DNA of 64,000 nucleotides, from NCBI GenBank assembly GCA_016191875.1, contig JACPVG010000029.1:272237-336236 (forward strand). The letters run 5' to 3'. Under the pieces are notes generated by a model. It was given only the letters and a program-made list of their open reading frames with translations. It had not been told where the DNA came from and searched no databases. The translations under genes were made by a program, and so were the position numbers. Each line of letters starts with the position of its first letter. The first letter of the stretch is position 1. The DNA comes from Chloroflexota bacterium. Lineage in GTDB: Bacteria; Chloroflexota; Anaerolineae; Anaerolineales; UBA11579. This document shows, piece after piece, positions 26,756 to 35,775 of the stretch.

Positions 26756-27301
26756 ATGTCAAACCCCGCCCCGAAACGTGAAGAGTCCCTGGGTGGCTAT
26801 ATCGTTCATGGCGTTCCGTTCCCGATCGAGACCGACCCGGGTGCGCTGGCATTTCTGAAGCGCATGGCGCCGCTCCGCATCGAACAGGAATACTGCATCA
26901 CCTACCTGCATTCCTACGGCCAGGACAGTCCGTGGTTCGCCGGGCTGACCAACCGGCGGCTGCTCGCCAGTCGAGACGAAGGCAGCGGCTATACCTATGT
27001 CAATCCGCGCGGCCACGACATGTATTCGGGTGAAGAAACGCAGTGGATTGACATTACAGACAGGCCCGCGCATGTGCACGCTTTCACGGTCTGTCACTTC
27101 GGCTCCGAAGAATTCCTGCCCGAGACGCCATTTGTTCTGGCGCTGGTCGAATTTGAGGGGGTGGACACGCTGCTGCTGACACGGCTATTGGGATTGGATC
27201 CGATGAGCGCCACTCTGGACTGGATCGGGATGAGCGTCCAGCCGCAGTTTCTGCGAAACAGCAAATTGAAACCGACGGACGTGTATTTCGTGCCGAAGTG
27301 A
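26756..27301 (+). CDS. DUF35-type OB-fold protein (thiolase partner)
   Basis: The size, the position directly after the thiolase, and the C-terminal OB-like block FVLALVEFEGVD..LLTRL fit DUF35. The canonical 4-Cys zinc ribbon is not evident. ATG 26756 is 3 nt after the thiolase stop. Confidence 0.65.
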   Translation: MSNPAPKREESLGGYIVHGVPFPIETDPGALAFLKRMAPLRIEQEYCITYLHSYGQDSPWFAGLTNRRLLASRDEGSGYTYVNPRGHDMYSGEETQWIDITDRPAHVHAFTVCHFGSEEFLPETPFVLALVEFEGVDTLLLTRLLGLDPMSATLDWIGMSVQPQFLRNSKLKPTDVYFVPK

Positions 27302-27930
27302 ACCTGCGTGACAAAGACAGGCCTGTAAGAAGGCCGGAGGGCGACATGATGATTGCCGAGAGTACATTGAACGAATTGGAACACGGGACGCTTCTGGAAA
27401 GGCTCGAAGATGCGCTGGAAGATCTGGCGGCCAGCGAGCGACTGTGGTTCCTGACGGTGAAGGAACGCGAAGGACTTGATGTCGCACTCGAGCAGTACCG
27501 GCGGATAAAGCGGTTGCAGGCCGAAGAGGAGGCACACCGTTTGATGGATAAGTATGGCATCAAACCGGGCGGCGGGCTGGCAGCGCTTGAGCAGGCGTTG
27601 CGCCTTCGTCTGCGCCCGTGGAGGGACGCGGCATCCATCTACTGGGTCGACGAACGGACGCTGCGTTATGAGATGAGGCGATGCCGCATTGAGGAGGCCC
27701 GCCAGCGGCTGGATTCGCCGGAAATCCCCTGGCGGGCGGCCGGGCTGGTGGAACTGGTGTATTTTGGCCGCGCCATCGATCCCAGGATTCGGACGAACGT
27801 GCTGCCCTGTCCGGCGGATGTCCGCGAGCCGGGCGCATTCTGCACGTGGGAATTCACCCTGGAGAGCGCGCCCGTGGCAGAGACTGAGGCAGAGCAGGAT
27901 GTGTTTCGCTTCAGCAGGAGTACACCATGA
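27298..27930 (+). CDS. Hypothetical protein, translationally coupled to the thiolase/DUF35 pair
   Basis: GTGA overlap with the DUF35 stop. Charged helical N-half. The C-terminal pattern RRCRIEE...IDPRIRTNVLPCP...GAFCTWEF weakly recalls ATC-hydrolase-like proteins (memory only). Confidence 0.45.
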   Translation: MNLRDKDRPVRRPEGDMMIAESTLNELEHGTLLERLEDALEDLAASERLWFLTVKEREGLDVALEQYRRIKRLQAEEEAHRLMDKYGIKPGGGLAALEQALRLRLRPWRDAASIYWVDERTLRYEMRRCRIEEARQRLDSPEIPWRAAGLVELVYFGRAIDPRIRTNVLPCPADVREPGAFCTWEFTLESAPVAETEAEQDVFRFSRSTP

Positions 27931-27960
27931 ACACCAAGCGCGGTGCTGTTGGCGATTTAG

Positions 27961-27991
27961 GCTGAAGCAACTTCCCGGAGGTTGCTTCAGC
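27961..27991. terminator. 11-bp perfect hairpin between convergent genes (GCTGAAGCAAC-N9-GTTGCTTCAGC)
   Basis: Read directly. No U-tract on either strand, so its function as an intrinsic terminator is uncertain. Confidence 0.3.
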
Positions 27992-28090
27992 TGTCGGACT
28001 TGAGCGAGGACGCAGACGCCAATAGCACCAACCGGGTCGCAAGGCGAAGATTACAAAGCCCTTGCGGCGTATCGAGAGGCCGAGCGGTGG

Positions 28091-29164
28091 TCAGCAGATG
28101 CGCGGGAGCAGTTCGCCGGACAGGCTGTCCACGACTCTGTGAGTGCCGATTCGCGTTTGCATCAACACGCGCCCAGGCGGCTCTGCAACGACCTCTCCGA
28201 TCAGGACTGCGCCGCCGCCCAGCGGATGGGCGCGCATGGTTTCCAGGATGGCGGGGGCATCTTCCGCGGCCACGATGACAACCGCCTTGCCTTCGTTGGC
28301 AATGTACAGAGGGTCGAACCCCAGCATCTCGCACGCGGCCTGCACGGCCGGGCGAACCGGTATGGCTTCTTCTCGAATGACGATGCCGACATTGGATTGA
28401 GCGGCAATCTCATTCAGTGTGGTCGCCAGCCCACCGCGGGTAGGGTCGCGCATTACATGCACCTGTTCGCTGGTCTCCAGGGTGCGTTCGACGAGACTGT
28501 TGAGGGGCGCGACATCGCTTGCGACGCCGGCCTCAAAGCCCAGATCGCCGCGTGCTGCGAGTACGGCGATGCCGTGATCCCCAATTGAACCGGAAAGCAG
28601 GACTGCGTCTCCCGGCCGGGCGTTGGCGCCGCCAATCTCATCCGGATTGACGAGCAGTGCGCCGATTCCCGTGGTGGAAATGAACAACCCATCGGCGCAG
28701 CCTTTCTGTACGACCTTCGTATCCCCAGCCACGATCTGCACGCCAGCTTCGAGGCTTGCGGCGCTCATTGACGCAAGCACCATTTGCAGTGTCTCGATGG
28801 GCAAGCCCTCTTCAATAATGAAGCTGGCCGTGAGGAAGAGGGGTCTGGCGCCCATCATGGCGACGTCGTTCACGGTGCCGCAAACGGCCAGGCGGCCGAT
28901 ATCACCGCCGGGAAAGAACAGGGGTGAGACGACATGCGCATCGGTGCTGACCACCAGACGACCGCATTGGGTGACGGCCACCAGCGCGCCATCGTTGCCT
29001 GCTGAGAGCGCCGAGTTCTCAAAGGCGGGCAGAAAGCGTTGACGAATCAGCCCCTGCATCAACCGACCGCCGCTGCCATGGGCCATCTCGATATGATCCT
29101 GGGGCAAAAGAGGCGCAGGGCAGACCAGACCCTGGAAGTCTGTGGCTTCGTTGTTCGTGCTCAT
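28091..29164 (-). CDS. hypE: [NiFe]-hydrogenase maturation protein HypE
   Basis: PurM-like fold motifs and the diagnostic C-terminal PRIC. Confidence 0.95.
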   Translation of the reverse strand: MSTNNEATDFQGLVCPAPLLPQDHIEMAHGSGGRLMQGLIRQRFLPAFENSALSAGNDGALVAVTQCGRLVVSTDAHVVSPLFFPGGDIGRLAVCGTVNDVAMMGARPLFLTASFIIEEGLPIETLQMVLASMSAASLEAGVQIVAGDTKVVQKGCADGLFISTTGIGALLVNPDEIGGANARPGDAVLLSGSIGDHGIAVLAARGDLGFEAGVASDVAPLNSLVERTLETSEQVHVMRDPTRGGLATTLNEIAAQSNVGIVIREEAIPVRPAVQAACEMLGFDPLYIANEGKAVVIVAAEDAPAILETMRAHPLGGGAVLIGEVVAEPPGRVLMQTRIGTHRVVDSLSGELLPRIC

Positions 29165-29167
29165 CGC

Positions 29168-30271
29168 TCACTCTCCAGCAGCCGCGGCCGAGCCTGCATA
29201 TTGGTAGTAGGCGGAGCAGGCGCCTTCCGAAGACACCATGGTGGCTCCCAGCGGGCTTTCCGGCCTGCACTCGCTACCGAAGGCTGGACAATCCAGGGGC
29301 TTTCTGTGGCCCTGAAGAATCTGGCCGGCGATGCATAGCGGGGACTCCTGTGGCGCAATCGCGGCCACATCGAACCGGAGTTCAGCGTCAAAGTCAGCGT
29401 ACGCGGGCCGCAGGGACCAGCCGCTCATCGGTATCCTTCCGATGCCACGCCAGTTTCGGTCGGTCTGCATGAATACCTTTTCGATGAGCGCCTGCGCCGG
29501 GCGGTTGCCTTCCGGGGTCACAGTACGGGAGTAGGCGTTTTCGACATCGGCGCGGCCAGACTCCAGTAGGCGCACAGCGTGGAGGATGCCCCTCAGGATG
29601 TCCACAGGTTCAAAACCGGTGACGACGATCGGGACGTCATATTGCTTGGCTATCGCCGGGTATTCCCAATAGCCCATCACAGCGCAGACGTGCCCGGCGG
29701 CGAGAAAGCCCTGCACCCGGTTGTGAGGCGACTCGAGGATGGCACGCATGGCGGGCGGCACGCGCACATGCGAGACGAGAACGGTGAAGTTGTCCAGTCC
29801 GAGCTCTTTGGCGCGCGCCACAGCCATGGCATTGGCGGGGGCAGTGGTCTCGAACCCGATGGCAAAAAAGACCACCTGCCGGCCGGGTTGTGTCTGCGCG
29901 ATGCGAACCGCATCCAGGGGAGAATAGACCACGCGCACATCTCCACCGGTGGCGCGCACCGAAAAGAGGTTGCGCCCGGAGCCGGGGACGCGCAGCATAT
30001 CGCCATAGGAGGTGAAGGTCACGTCCGGGCGAGAGGCGATGGCCAGGGCTTTATCGATTTGCTCAAGCGGGGTCACGCACACCGGGCAGCCCGGTCCATG
30101 CACCAGCTCGATTTCAGGGGGCAGCAATTGGTCGATTCCATAGCGCTTGATGGCGTGGGTCTGGCCGCCGCAGATTTCCATCAGCACCCAGGGGCGGGAA
30201 AGCACGCGGCGAATCTGAGCCAGGATCCCCTGGGCCAGTTCTTCGTCGCGAAACTCGTCCAGGTATTTCAT
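29168..30271 (-). CDS. hypD: [NiFe]-hydrogenase maturation protein HypD
   Basis: [26 protein letters not shown]. Confidence 0.95.
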   Translation of the reverse strand: MKYLDEFRDEELAQGILAQIRRVLSRPWVLMEICGGQTHAIKRYGIDQLLPPEIELVHGPGCPVCVTPLEQIDKALAIASRPDVTFTSYGDMLRVPGSGRNLFSVRATGGDVRVVYSPLDAVRIAQTQPGRQVVFFAIGFETTAPANAMAVARAKELGLDNFTVLVSHVRVPPAMRAILESPHNRVQGFLAAGHVCAVMGYWEYPAIAKQYDVPIVVTGFEPVDILRGILHAVRLLESGRADVENAYSRTVTPEGNRPAQALIEKVFMQTDRNWRGIGRIPMSGWSLRPAYADFDAELRFDVAAIAPQESPLCIAGQILQGHRKPLDCPAFGSECRPESPLGATMVSSEGACSAYYQYAGSAAAAGE

Positions 30272-30537
30272 GGGACGGTATCCTCCTGGGGGTGGCCTCC
30301 GATTTCGTCATCCAGGTCAACAATCTCGCGCAGGATGGCGAGCGTCTTGGCGGCTTCGTCCTCGTTTATCAGACTGATGGCAAAGCCGACATGAATCAAG
30401 GCGTAGTCGCCGACCTGCGCCTCGGGGGTGAAATCCAGGCAGGATTCTCGCACCACACCGCCAAAGTCGATCCGACCCATCTTCAGGCCCTCTTCTTCAT
30501 AGATGGCGATGATCTTGCCTGGCACTCCGAGACACAT
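30268..30537 (-). CDS. hypC: [NiFe]-hydrogenase maturation chaperone HypC
   Basis: The internal ATG at 30537 gives the canonical [11 protein letters not shown]-terminus (89 aa). The track extension to 30807 overlaps hypF. Confidence 0.9.
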   Translation of the reverse strand: MCLGVPGKIIAIYEEEGLKMGRIDFGGVVRESCLDFTPEAQVGDYALIHVGFAISLINEDEAAKTLAILREIVDLDDEIGGHPQEDTVP

Positions 30538-30550
30538 GGCAACCTCCCGA

Positions 30551-32851
30551 TCAATTCCCGGCAATATGGTAGGCAGCCACAGCCTGCCCCAGCGAAAGAC
30601 CGCCATCGTTGGCTGGTACCTGGCGGTGGAGAAGGATTTTGAAACCCGCGCTTTCAAGGGCTGCCACGGTCTTCCGTAGGAGGGTATGGTTCTGCCAGAC
30701 CCCTCCGCTGAGCGCAACCGCGCCTGCGCTGGTGTGTCGTTGCAGGTGAAGACAGGTGCGCAGGATTGCACTGGATACCCCGTTGTGGAAACGGGCGGAA
30801 ATAACATTGGGGGTTAGTCCAGCGCGTAGATCGACATTGAGCGCGTGCAGCAGTGAACGCCATTCGAGGCGCTCACCTGCAAGATCCATAGGATAGGTTT
30901 CGGTCTCGTCCGGGTCTGCCAGGGCTTCGAACTCGATGGCGGCCTGCGCTTCATACGTAATGTGCTGACGGCCGGTGACCAGCGCGGCGACTCCGTCGAA
31001 CAGGCGGCCGATACTGGAAGTGAGCGGGGCGTTAATCCCGCACTCCAGTTGGCGCTGCACGGTGGCAATCTCCTCGACCGCGAGGCCGGAAAACGTCGCG
31101 TAGGCGTCGCTTGCCGGGAGACCGGCGGCCGCCATCAGGGACAGCGCGGTGCGCCATGGATGTGCTACCGCGCTGTCTCCTCCGGGCAACCGGAATGGAG
31201 CGAGGAACGCCAGGCGCTCGAACTGGCGGTAATCGCAAAGCAGAAATTCGCCGCCCCAGATCGTCCCATCTGTACCGTACCCTGTGCCATCGAAGACAAC
31301 GCCAATGACCGACTCTCCTGCAGCCACGCAGTTATCCGCCATGCAGGCAGCGATGTGGGCGTGGTGGTGCTGGATGCCGATAGCGGGCAGGGACTCTTCA
31401 GTGGCCCTGTGTAGTGCGTACTGCGTGGAGAGGTAGTCGGGGTGCAGGTCGAAGGCAATGAATGCCGGTCTGACCCGCAACAGCTCTTCAAACCCCCGAA
31501 TTCCTGCTTCAAAGACTTCCAGAGTCTCGTTGTTCTTCAGGTCGCCGATGTGCTGGCTGATAAACGCATAGGGGCCGCGTGTGAGGCAGTAGGTGTTCTT
31601 TAGCTCACCACCGACGGCAAGAATTCCCGGCAGATCCCACGGTAAGCGCACCGGATCCGGCGCGTAGCCGCGGCTACGGCGGATAAAACAGGCCGGGGCA
31701 CGGCCTGCTTCCAGAGGCAGGACGCGTGTAACCGAATCGTCACAGCGGTGCTGGATCTCGCGGTCGTGGAGCAGAAAGGCATCGGCGATGCCCCTCAGCC
31801 GGTCGAAGGCTTCTTCGTCATCCACAATCAGCGGTTCTTCGCTCCGGTTGCCACTGGTCATCACCAGCGCCTCCGGGAATCCCGGGGCGGGCTGCATGAT
31901 GAGGACGTGGAGCGGCGTGTAGGGCAGCATGACACCGATGGTGTTCTGGCCCGGGGCGAGTTCCAGCGCCAAATCGGAATCCGGGCGGCGGCCAAGTATC
32001 ACGATCGGGCGCGCGCGACTGGTCAAAAGGCCGAACTCGGCCTCCGAGACGAGACAATGCCGCTTGACTGTTTCGAGATCGGGCATCATCACGGCCAGCG
32101 GTTTGTGGGGGCGATGTTTGCGCTGGCGAAGACGCCGGACGGCGGCTGAATCGGTCGCGTCGCAGGCCAGGTGGAATCCACCCAGCCCGCGAATACCGAT
32201 AATCTGGCCCTGCATCAAACGGGAGCGAGTGCCCTGAAGCGCTTCCTCGCCTTCGATCCTCTCTTCGCCAGCGCACAGCCAAACCCGGGGGCCGCAGTCA
32301 GGGCAGGCCACCGGCTGAGCGTGGAAGCGGCGGTCGGACGGGTCGGCGTACTCGGCGGCACATTGTGGGCACATCTGGAAGCGCTCCATTGTGGTGAGCC
32401 GGCGGTCGTAAGGGATACCCTGGATAATCGTATACCGGGGGCCGCAGTTGGTGCAGTTGATGAAGGGATAGCGGTAGCGGCGGTCATCCGGGTCGTTCAG
32501 TTCGGCCAGACAATCGGAGCAGATGCTGACGTCCGGCAGAACTGGTTGGATGTCAGGCTCGCCAGCCTGCGAGCGGCGAATCTCAAACCCGGCGAAGCGG
32601 CGCGGGGGTTGCCAGGCCATCTCGAAGCCGTCAATGCGGGCGAGCGGCGGGGCCTGCGAATGGAGCGAAGCAATGAATTCTTCAAGTGTGGCGGCTGGGC
32701 CATCTACTTCAATGTTCACGCCGGATGCGCTGTTGAGCACCCAGCCCTGAAGCGCCAATCGTGAGGCAAGATTATACACAAACGGCCGAAAGCCCACGCC
32801 CTGCACCAGCCCGCGAATATGGATGCTGACGCCACGCGCCGAAGTGTCCAT
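30551..32851 (-). CDS. hypF: Carbamoyltransferase HypF
   Basis: Acylphosphatase VQGVGFRPF, two zinc-finger pairs (CSDCLAEL/CTNCGPRYT, CPQCAAEY/CPDCGPR), YrdC and Kae1-like regions. Start 32851 (MDTSARG) lies 5 nt after the hypB stop. The track start 32899 would overlap hypB. Confidence 0.95.
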   Translation of the reverse strand: MDTSARGVSIHIRGLVQGVGFRPFVYNLASRLALQGWVLNSASGVNIEVDGPAATLEEFIASLHSQAPPLARIDGFEMAWQPPRRFAGFEIRRSQAGEPDIQPVLPDVSICSDCLAELNDPDDRRYRYPFINCTNCGPRYTIIQGIPYDRRLTTMERFQMCPQCAAEYADPSDRRFHAQPVACPDCGPRVWLCAGEERIEGEEALQGTRSRLMQGQIIGIRGLGGFHLACDATDSAAVRRLRQRKHRPHKPLAVMMPDLETVKRHCLVSEAEFGLLTSRARPIVILGRRPDSDLALELAPGQNTIGVMLPYTPLHVLIMQPAPGFPEALVMTSGNRSEEPLIVDDEEAFDRLRGIADAFLLHDREIQHRCDDSVTRVLPLEAGRAPACFIRRSRGYAPDPVRLPWDLPGILAVGGELKNTYCLTRGPYAFISQHIGDLKNNETLEVFEAGIRGFEELLRVRPAFIAFDLHPDYLSTQYALHRATEESLPAIGIQHHHAHIAACMADNCVAAGESVIGVVFDGTGYGTDGTIWGGEFLLCDYRQFERLAFLAPFRLPGGDSAVAHPWRTALSLMAAAGLPASDAYATFSGLAVEEIATVQRQLECGINAPLTSSIGRLFDGVAALVTGRQHITYEAQAAIEFEALADPDETETYPMDLAGERLEWRSLLHALNVDLRAGLTPNVISARFHNGVSSAILRTCLHLQRHTSAGAVALSGGVWQNHTLLRKTVAALESAGFKILLHRQVPANDGGLSLGQAVAAYHIAGN

Positions 32852-32856
32852 AGCGG

Positions 32857-33516
32857 TTACCCACGTGCTCCCAGCCGAGATATCAGCCAGGTTTGCCATG
32901 CGGCGATGCCTTGGCCCGTCTGGCAGGAGAGCGGGAACGTAGTAAGGCCGGGATTGAGGCTCTGGACGCCGCGCTCGAATTTCTGCATATCGAAATGGAC
33001 GTACGGCAGGAGGTCGATCTTGTTGATGATGAGGACATCCACGCCGCGGTACATGCCGGGGTATTTAAAGGGTTTATCGTCTCCTTCCGGCACCGACGCC
33101 ACCAGTACGCTGGCATGTGTGCCGAGCGCGAAGCTGGCCGGGCAGATGAGATTGCCGACGTTTTCGACGACCAGCAGGTCGATTTCGGCCAGGTCAAGGC
33201 GCTTCAGCGCCTGCTGGAGCATCACTGCGTCCAGGTGGCACTCTCCGCCAGTATTGATCTGCACAGCCTGGGCGCCAGCCGCGGCGGCCCGGTCGGCATC
33301 CAGGCTGGTGGCGATGTCGCCTTCGACGACGGCGATTCGGTAGGAATGGGCCAGAATCGGGACCGTGCGTTCGATCAGGGATGTTTTTCCAGCGCCCGGG
33401 GAGGCCATCAGGTTTATGGAGAAGATGCCCGCTGTGTCAAGGCGCTTGCGATTGTCTTCCGCCAGTGTCTGATTGGCGGCCAGAATATGCTCGAGGACCT
33501 GCACTCGTTGATTCAT
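32857..33516 (-). CDS. hypB: Hydrogenase nickel-incorporation GTPase HypB
   Basis: P-loop ASPGAGKTSL, ENVGNLICP. Start 33516 (MNQRVQ) forms an ATGA overlap with the hypA stop. No His-rich tract. Confidence 0.9.
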   Translation of the reverse strand: MNQRVQVLEHILAANQTLAEDNRKRLDTAGIFSINLMASPGAGKTSLIERTVPILAHSYRIAVVEGDIATSLDADRAAAAGAQAVQINTGGECHLDAVMLQQALKRLDLAEIDLLVVENVGNLICPASFALGTHASVLVASVPEGDDKPFKYPGMYRGVDVLIINKIDLLPYVHFDMQKFERGVQSLNPGLTTFPLSCQTGQGIAAWQTWLISRLGARG

Positions 33517-33878
33517 GTTTGTACCTCGGACGGGCACGTTTCCACATCGAGCGCTTCAACGTGAAACTCGTCACCGGCCAGCAGCTTCACTTGCGAACTT
33601 CCGCAAGCCGGGCATTCGAACAACCAGCTTGCCCCCTCGGACTGGCTGCCACAGACCGCGCAGGCGAAACAGGCGGGGGCGCGCCGGAAATGCAGATGAG
33701 CTCCCTGTGCGGCAGTGCCGGCGCTGATGATGTCCCAGTAAAATTGCACCGAGTCATCCAGGATTGAACTGAGTTCCCCGATGATGAGGTAGATCGCCAC
33801 GACACGCCTGGCGCTGGCGCGCTCGGCATGGTCGAGGGATATCTGCAACACCTGCTCAGTCACCGCTAGCTCGTGCAT
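33513..33878 (-). CDS. hypA: Hydrogenase nickel-insertion protein HypA
   Basis: MHELAVTEQVL N-terminus. Zinc site CAVCGS...CPACGS. Start at the internal ATG 33878. Confidence 0.9.
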   Translation of the reverse strand: MHELAVTEQVLQISLDHAERASARRVVAIYLIIGELSSILDDSVQFYWDIISAGTAAQGAHLHFRRAPACFACAVCGSQSEGASWLFECPACGSSQVKLLAGDEFHVEALDVETCPSEVQT

Positions 33879-33972
33879 AATGTCTACTAAGACAGTATCG
33901 GGAGGAAGGGGAGGATTACAGAGGCAACTGTCATTCGTTAGCGGGGTCAACTGCCCCGCCAACGAATGAATT

Positions 33973-33988
33973 TGTTCAAATTTTCACA
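33973..33988. promoter_or_regulatory. Imperfect CRP/FNR-family-type site TGTTC-N6-TCACA
   Basis: Read directly ~95 bp upstream of the hypA start. The right half TCACAA is identical to the perfect site at 34150. Confidence 0.35.
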
Positions 33989-34047
33989 AGTATGAACGTC
34001 ATGTTGCTTCCGGGACATCTGTACCTGTAACCGTCGCGGATGCTTTC

Positions 34048-34053
34048 TATAAT
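34048..34053 (+). promoter_or_regulatory. Candidate -10 box (TATAAT) in the hyp/hdr divergent region
   Basis: Exact TATAAT ~65 nt upstream of the strong hairpin at 34116. The -35 is weak (CTGTAA at 17-nt spacing). Confidence 0.3.
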
Positions 34054-34115
34054 CTAGATAGAGGAAGACTTGATAATGAGGCCGCTTTGAGCAGGGATTG
34101 TCCACGTTTGCAGGG

Positions 34116-34150
34116 AAGAACCGACCGCCTTAGAGGCGGTCGGTTCTTTT
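34116..34150 (+). terminator. Intrinsic-terminator-like hairpin in the hdrC leader (14-bp perfect stem, 5-nt loop, T-run)
   Basis: AAGAACCGACCGCC-TTAGA-GGCGGTCGGTTCTT followed by TT. No plus-strand gene lies upstream, so it is either an attenuator, the end of a small RNA, or a structural element. Confidence 0.45.
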
Positions 34151-34167
34151 GTGACAATATTCACAAA
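34148..34167. promoter_or_regulatory. Perfect palindrome TTTGTGA-CAATAT-TCACAAA (CRP-consensus TGTGA-N6-TCACA core)
   Basis: Read directly. It sits 35-54 nt upstream of the hdrC start and abuts the leader hairpin. Confidence 0.5.
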
Positions 34168-34201
34168 TTAACTCAAAGACACCCCACCGAGGAGGTGCGA
34201 T

Positions 34202-34795
34202 TTGGAAAGAATGATGCTCCAGCTGGTAATGCGTGAAGAAATGTCCGGCGCACAGAGTTTTCTGGATTATGTGGAGACCATCACGCCCGGCTATTCGCGC
34301 CTGGACATGTGCATCCAGTGCGGCACGTGTGGAGGGTCGTGCCCCTCAGGGGGGGACATGGACCATACCCCGCGCCACTTGTTTGCGCTGATCCGCGCGG
34401 ACATGAAAGATGAGGTATTGGCGAGCAATACGCCCTGGTATTGCATTTCCTGTTATCTGTGCATGTCGCGCTGCCCGCAGGAGGTGCACATCACCGACCT
34501 GATGTATACGTTGAAGAGCATCGCCATCGAAGAAGGGCACGTTAGCGAAAACACGGCCGCGAATCTCTCTGAGACCTTTCTCTCTTATGTTGAGTCCTAC
34601 GGGCGCAGTTTCGAGTTGGGCCTGGCGACGCGTTTCTATCTGCGCCACCATCCAAAAGAATCCATGGGTATGGCCGGGATGGGCTTTGGCATGCTGACCA
34701 GGGGCCGCATGGTGATCACGCCGGAGAAAATCAAAAGGATCGGCCAGTTGCGTTCAATTCTGAATCGGGCGAAAGAACTGGAGGCAGCATTATGA
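34202..34795 (+). CDS. hdrC: Heterodisulfide reductase subunit C-like (2x[4Fe-4S])
   Basis: CIQCGTCGGSCP and CISCYLCMSRCP. GAGGAGG SD upstream. The start is TTG 34202 or ATG 34211/34214. Confidence 0.85.
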   Translation: MERMMLQLVMREEMSGAQSFLDYVETITPGYSRLDMCIQCGTCGGSCPSGGDMDHTPRHLFALIRADMKDEVLASNTPWYCISCYLCMSRCPQEVHITDLMYTLKSIAIEEGHVSENTAANLSETFLSYVESYGRSFELGLATRFYLRHHPKESMGMAGMGFGMLTRGRMVITPEKIKRIGQLRSILNRAKELEAAL

Positions 34796-35775
34796 AACTG
34801 ATTTTCTACCCGGGGTGTTCGATGCTCGGCCCGGCGCGCCCTTACATGGAATCGCTGACGGCCATTGAGCCCCTCCTGGAAATGGAACTTCAGGAAGTGG
34901 AAGACTGGAACTGCTGTGGGGCGACTGAATATATGGCCGTGCACCGTCTGCCGGCTTATGCACTGGTAGCCCGCAACCTGGCAATCGCCCAGAAGCAATC
35001 CAACGGCAGCCGGACGGTGATGGCTGCATGCAGCGCCTGTTACCTGAACCTCGCCAAGACTGACAAGTACATGGCTGATTCAATCGAGATGAACGTCTCG
35101 GTCAATGATGCCCTGGCGGCGGGCGGGTTGAGTTACGACCCCGGCAGCCTGCGGATCCGGCATCTGCTGGATGTGTTGTACACCGACATTGGCCTGGAAA
35201 AGATCCGGGCACGAGTCACGCGGCCACTCAACGGGTTGAAGATCGCACCCTATTACGGCTGCATGATCGTCCGGCCGGACCCGCACCATCGCTGGCCGAA
35301 TCCGGAAAACCCGACCGCGTTGGAAGAAATCCTGGAAGCGCTGGGCGCAGAGGCCGTCGAGTACCCGATGAAAACGCGTTGCTGTTCGGGGCACATGACT
35401 CTCATCAACCCGGACACAGCCTACGAATTAATTCGCGAACTCGTCCATTCCGCCACCATCTCCCAGGCCGACCTGCTGGCGACCCTGTGCCCGATGTGCC
35501 AGCTGAACCTGGATGCCTATCAGGTGGAAATGAACAAGCACTTTGGATCCGCGTATCACATGCCCGTGCTGTACATCACCCAGCTCATTGGCCTGGCATT
35601 CGGACTGGCCCCGGAGCAGTTGGGAATTGGGAAAGAATTTATCCCATCCGCGCCGGCTCTGGCCAAGATCGGCGTTGAAATCCCACCGGAAGCCGCGACT
35701 CCGCGTCGCGGCCGTAAGAAAGATGAAGGCCTGCCCATGCCCCAGATGCCGACCCGGAAAGGTGGTCCTCGATGA
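34792..35775 (+). CDS. hdrB: Heterodisulfide reductase subunit B-like (two CCG domains)
   Basis: WNCCGA...CSACY and RCCSGH...CPMCQ. Basic, Pro-rich C-terminal tail. Confidence 0.9.
   Translation: MKLIFYPGCSMLGPARPYMESLTAIEPLLEMELQEVEDWNCCGATEYMAVHRLPAYALVARNLAIAQKQSNGSRTVMAACSACYLNLAKTDKYMADSIEMNVSVNDALAAGGLSYDPGSLRIRHLLDVLYTDIGLEKIRARVTRPLNGLKIAPYYGCMIVRPDPHHRWPNPENPTALEEILEALGAEAVEYPMKTRCCSGHMTLINPDTAYELIRELVHSATISQADLLATLCPMCQLNLDAYQVEMNKHFGSAYHMPVLYITQLIGLAFGLAPEQLGIGKEFIPSAPALAKIGVEIPPEAATPRRGRKKDEGLPMPQMPTRKGGPR

Noticed and set aside
34148-34167. Assigning the palindrome specifically to CooA (the CO sensor)
   Set aside because: The CooA sites I recall are TGTCA-N6-(C/T)GACA-like. This site is TGTGA-N6-TCACA, and no CooA/CRP gene is in the window. 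I keep it as a generic CRP/FNR-family-type site.
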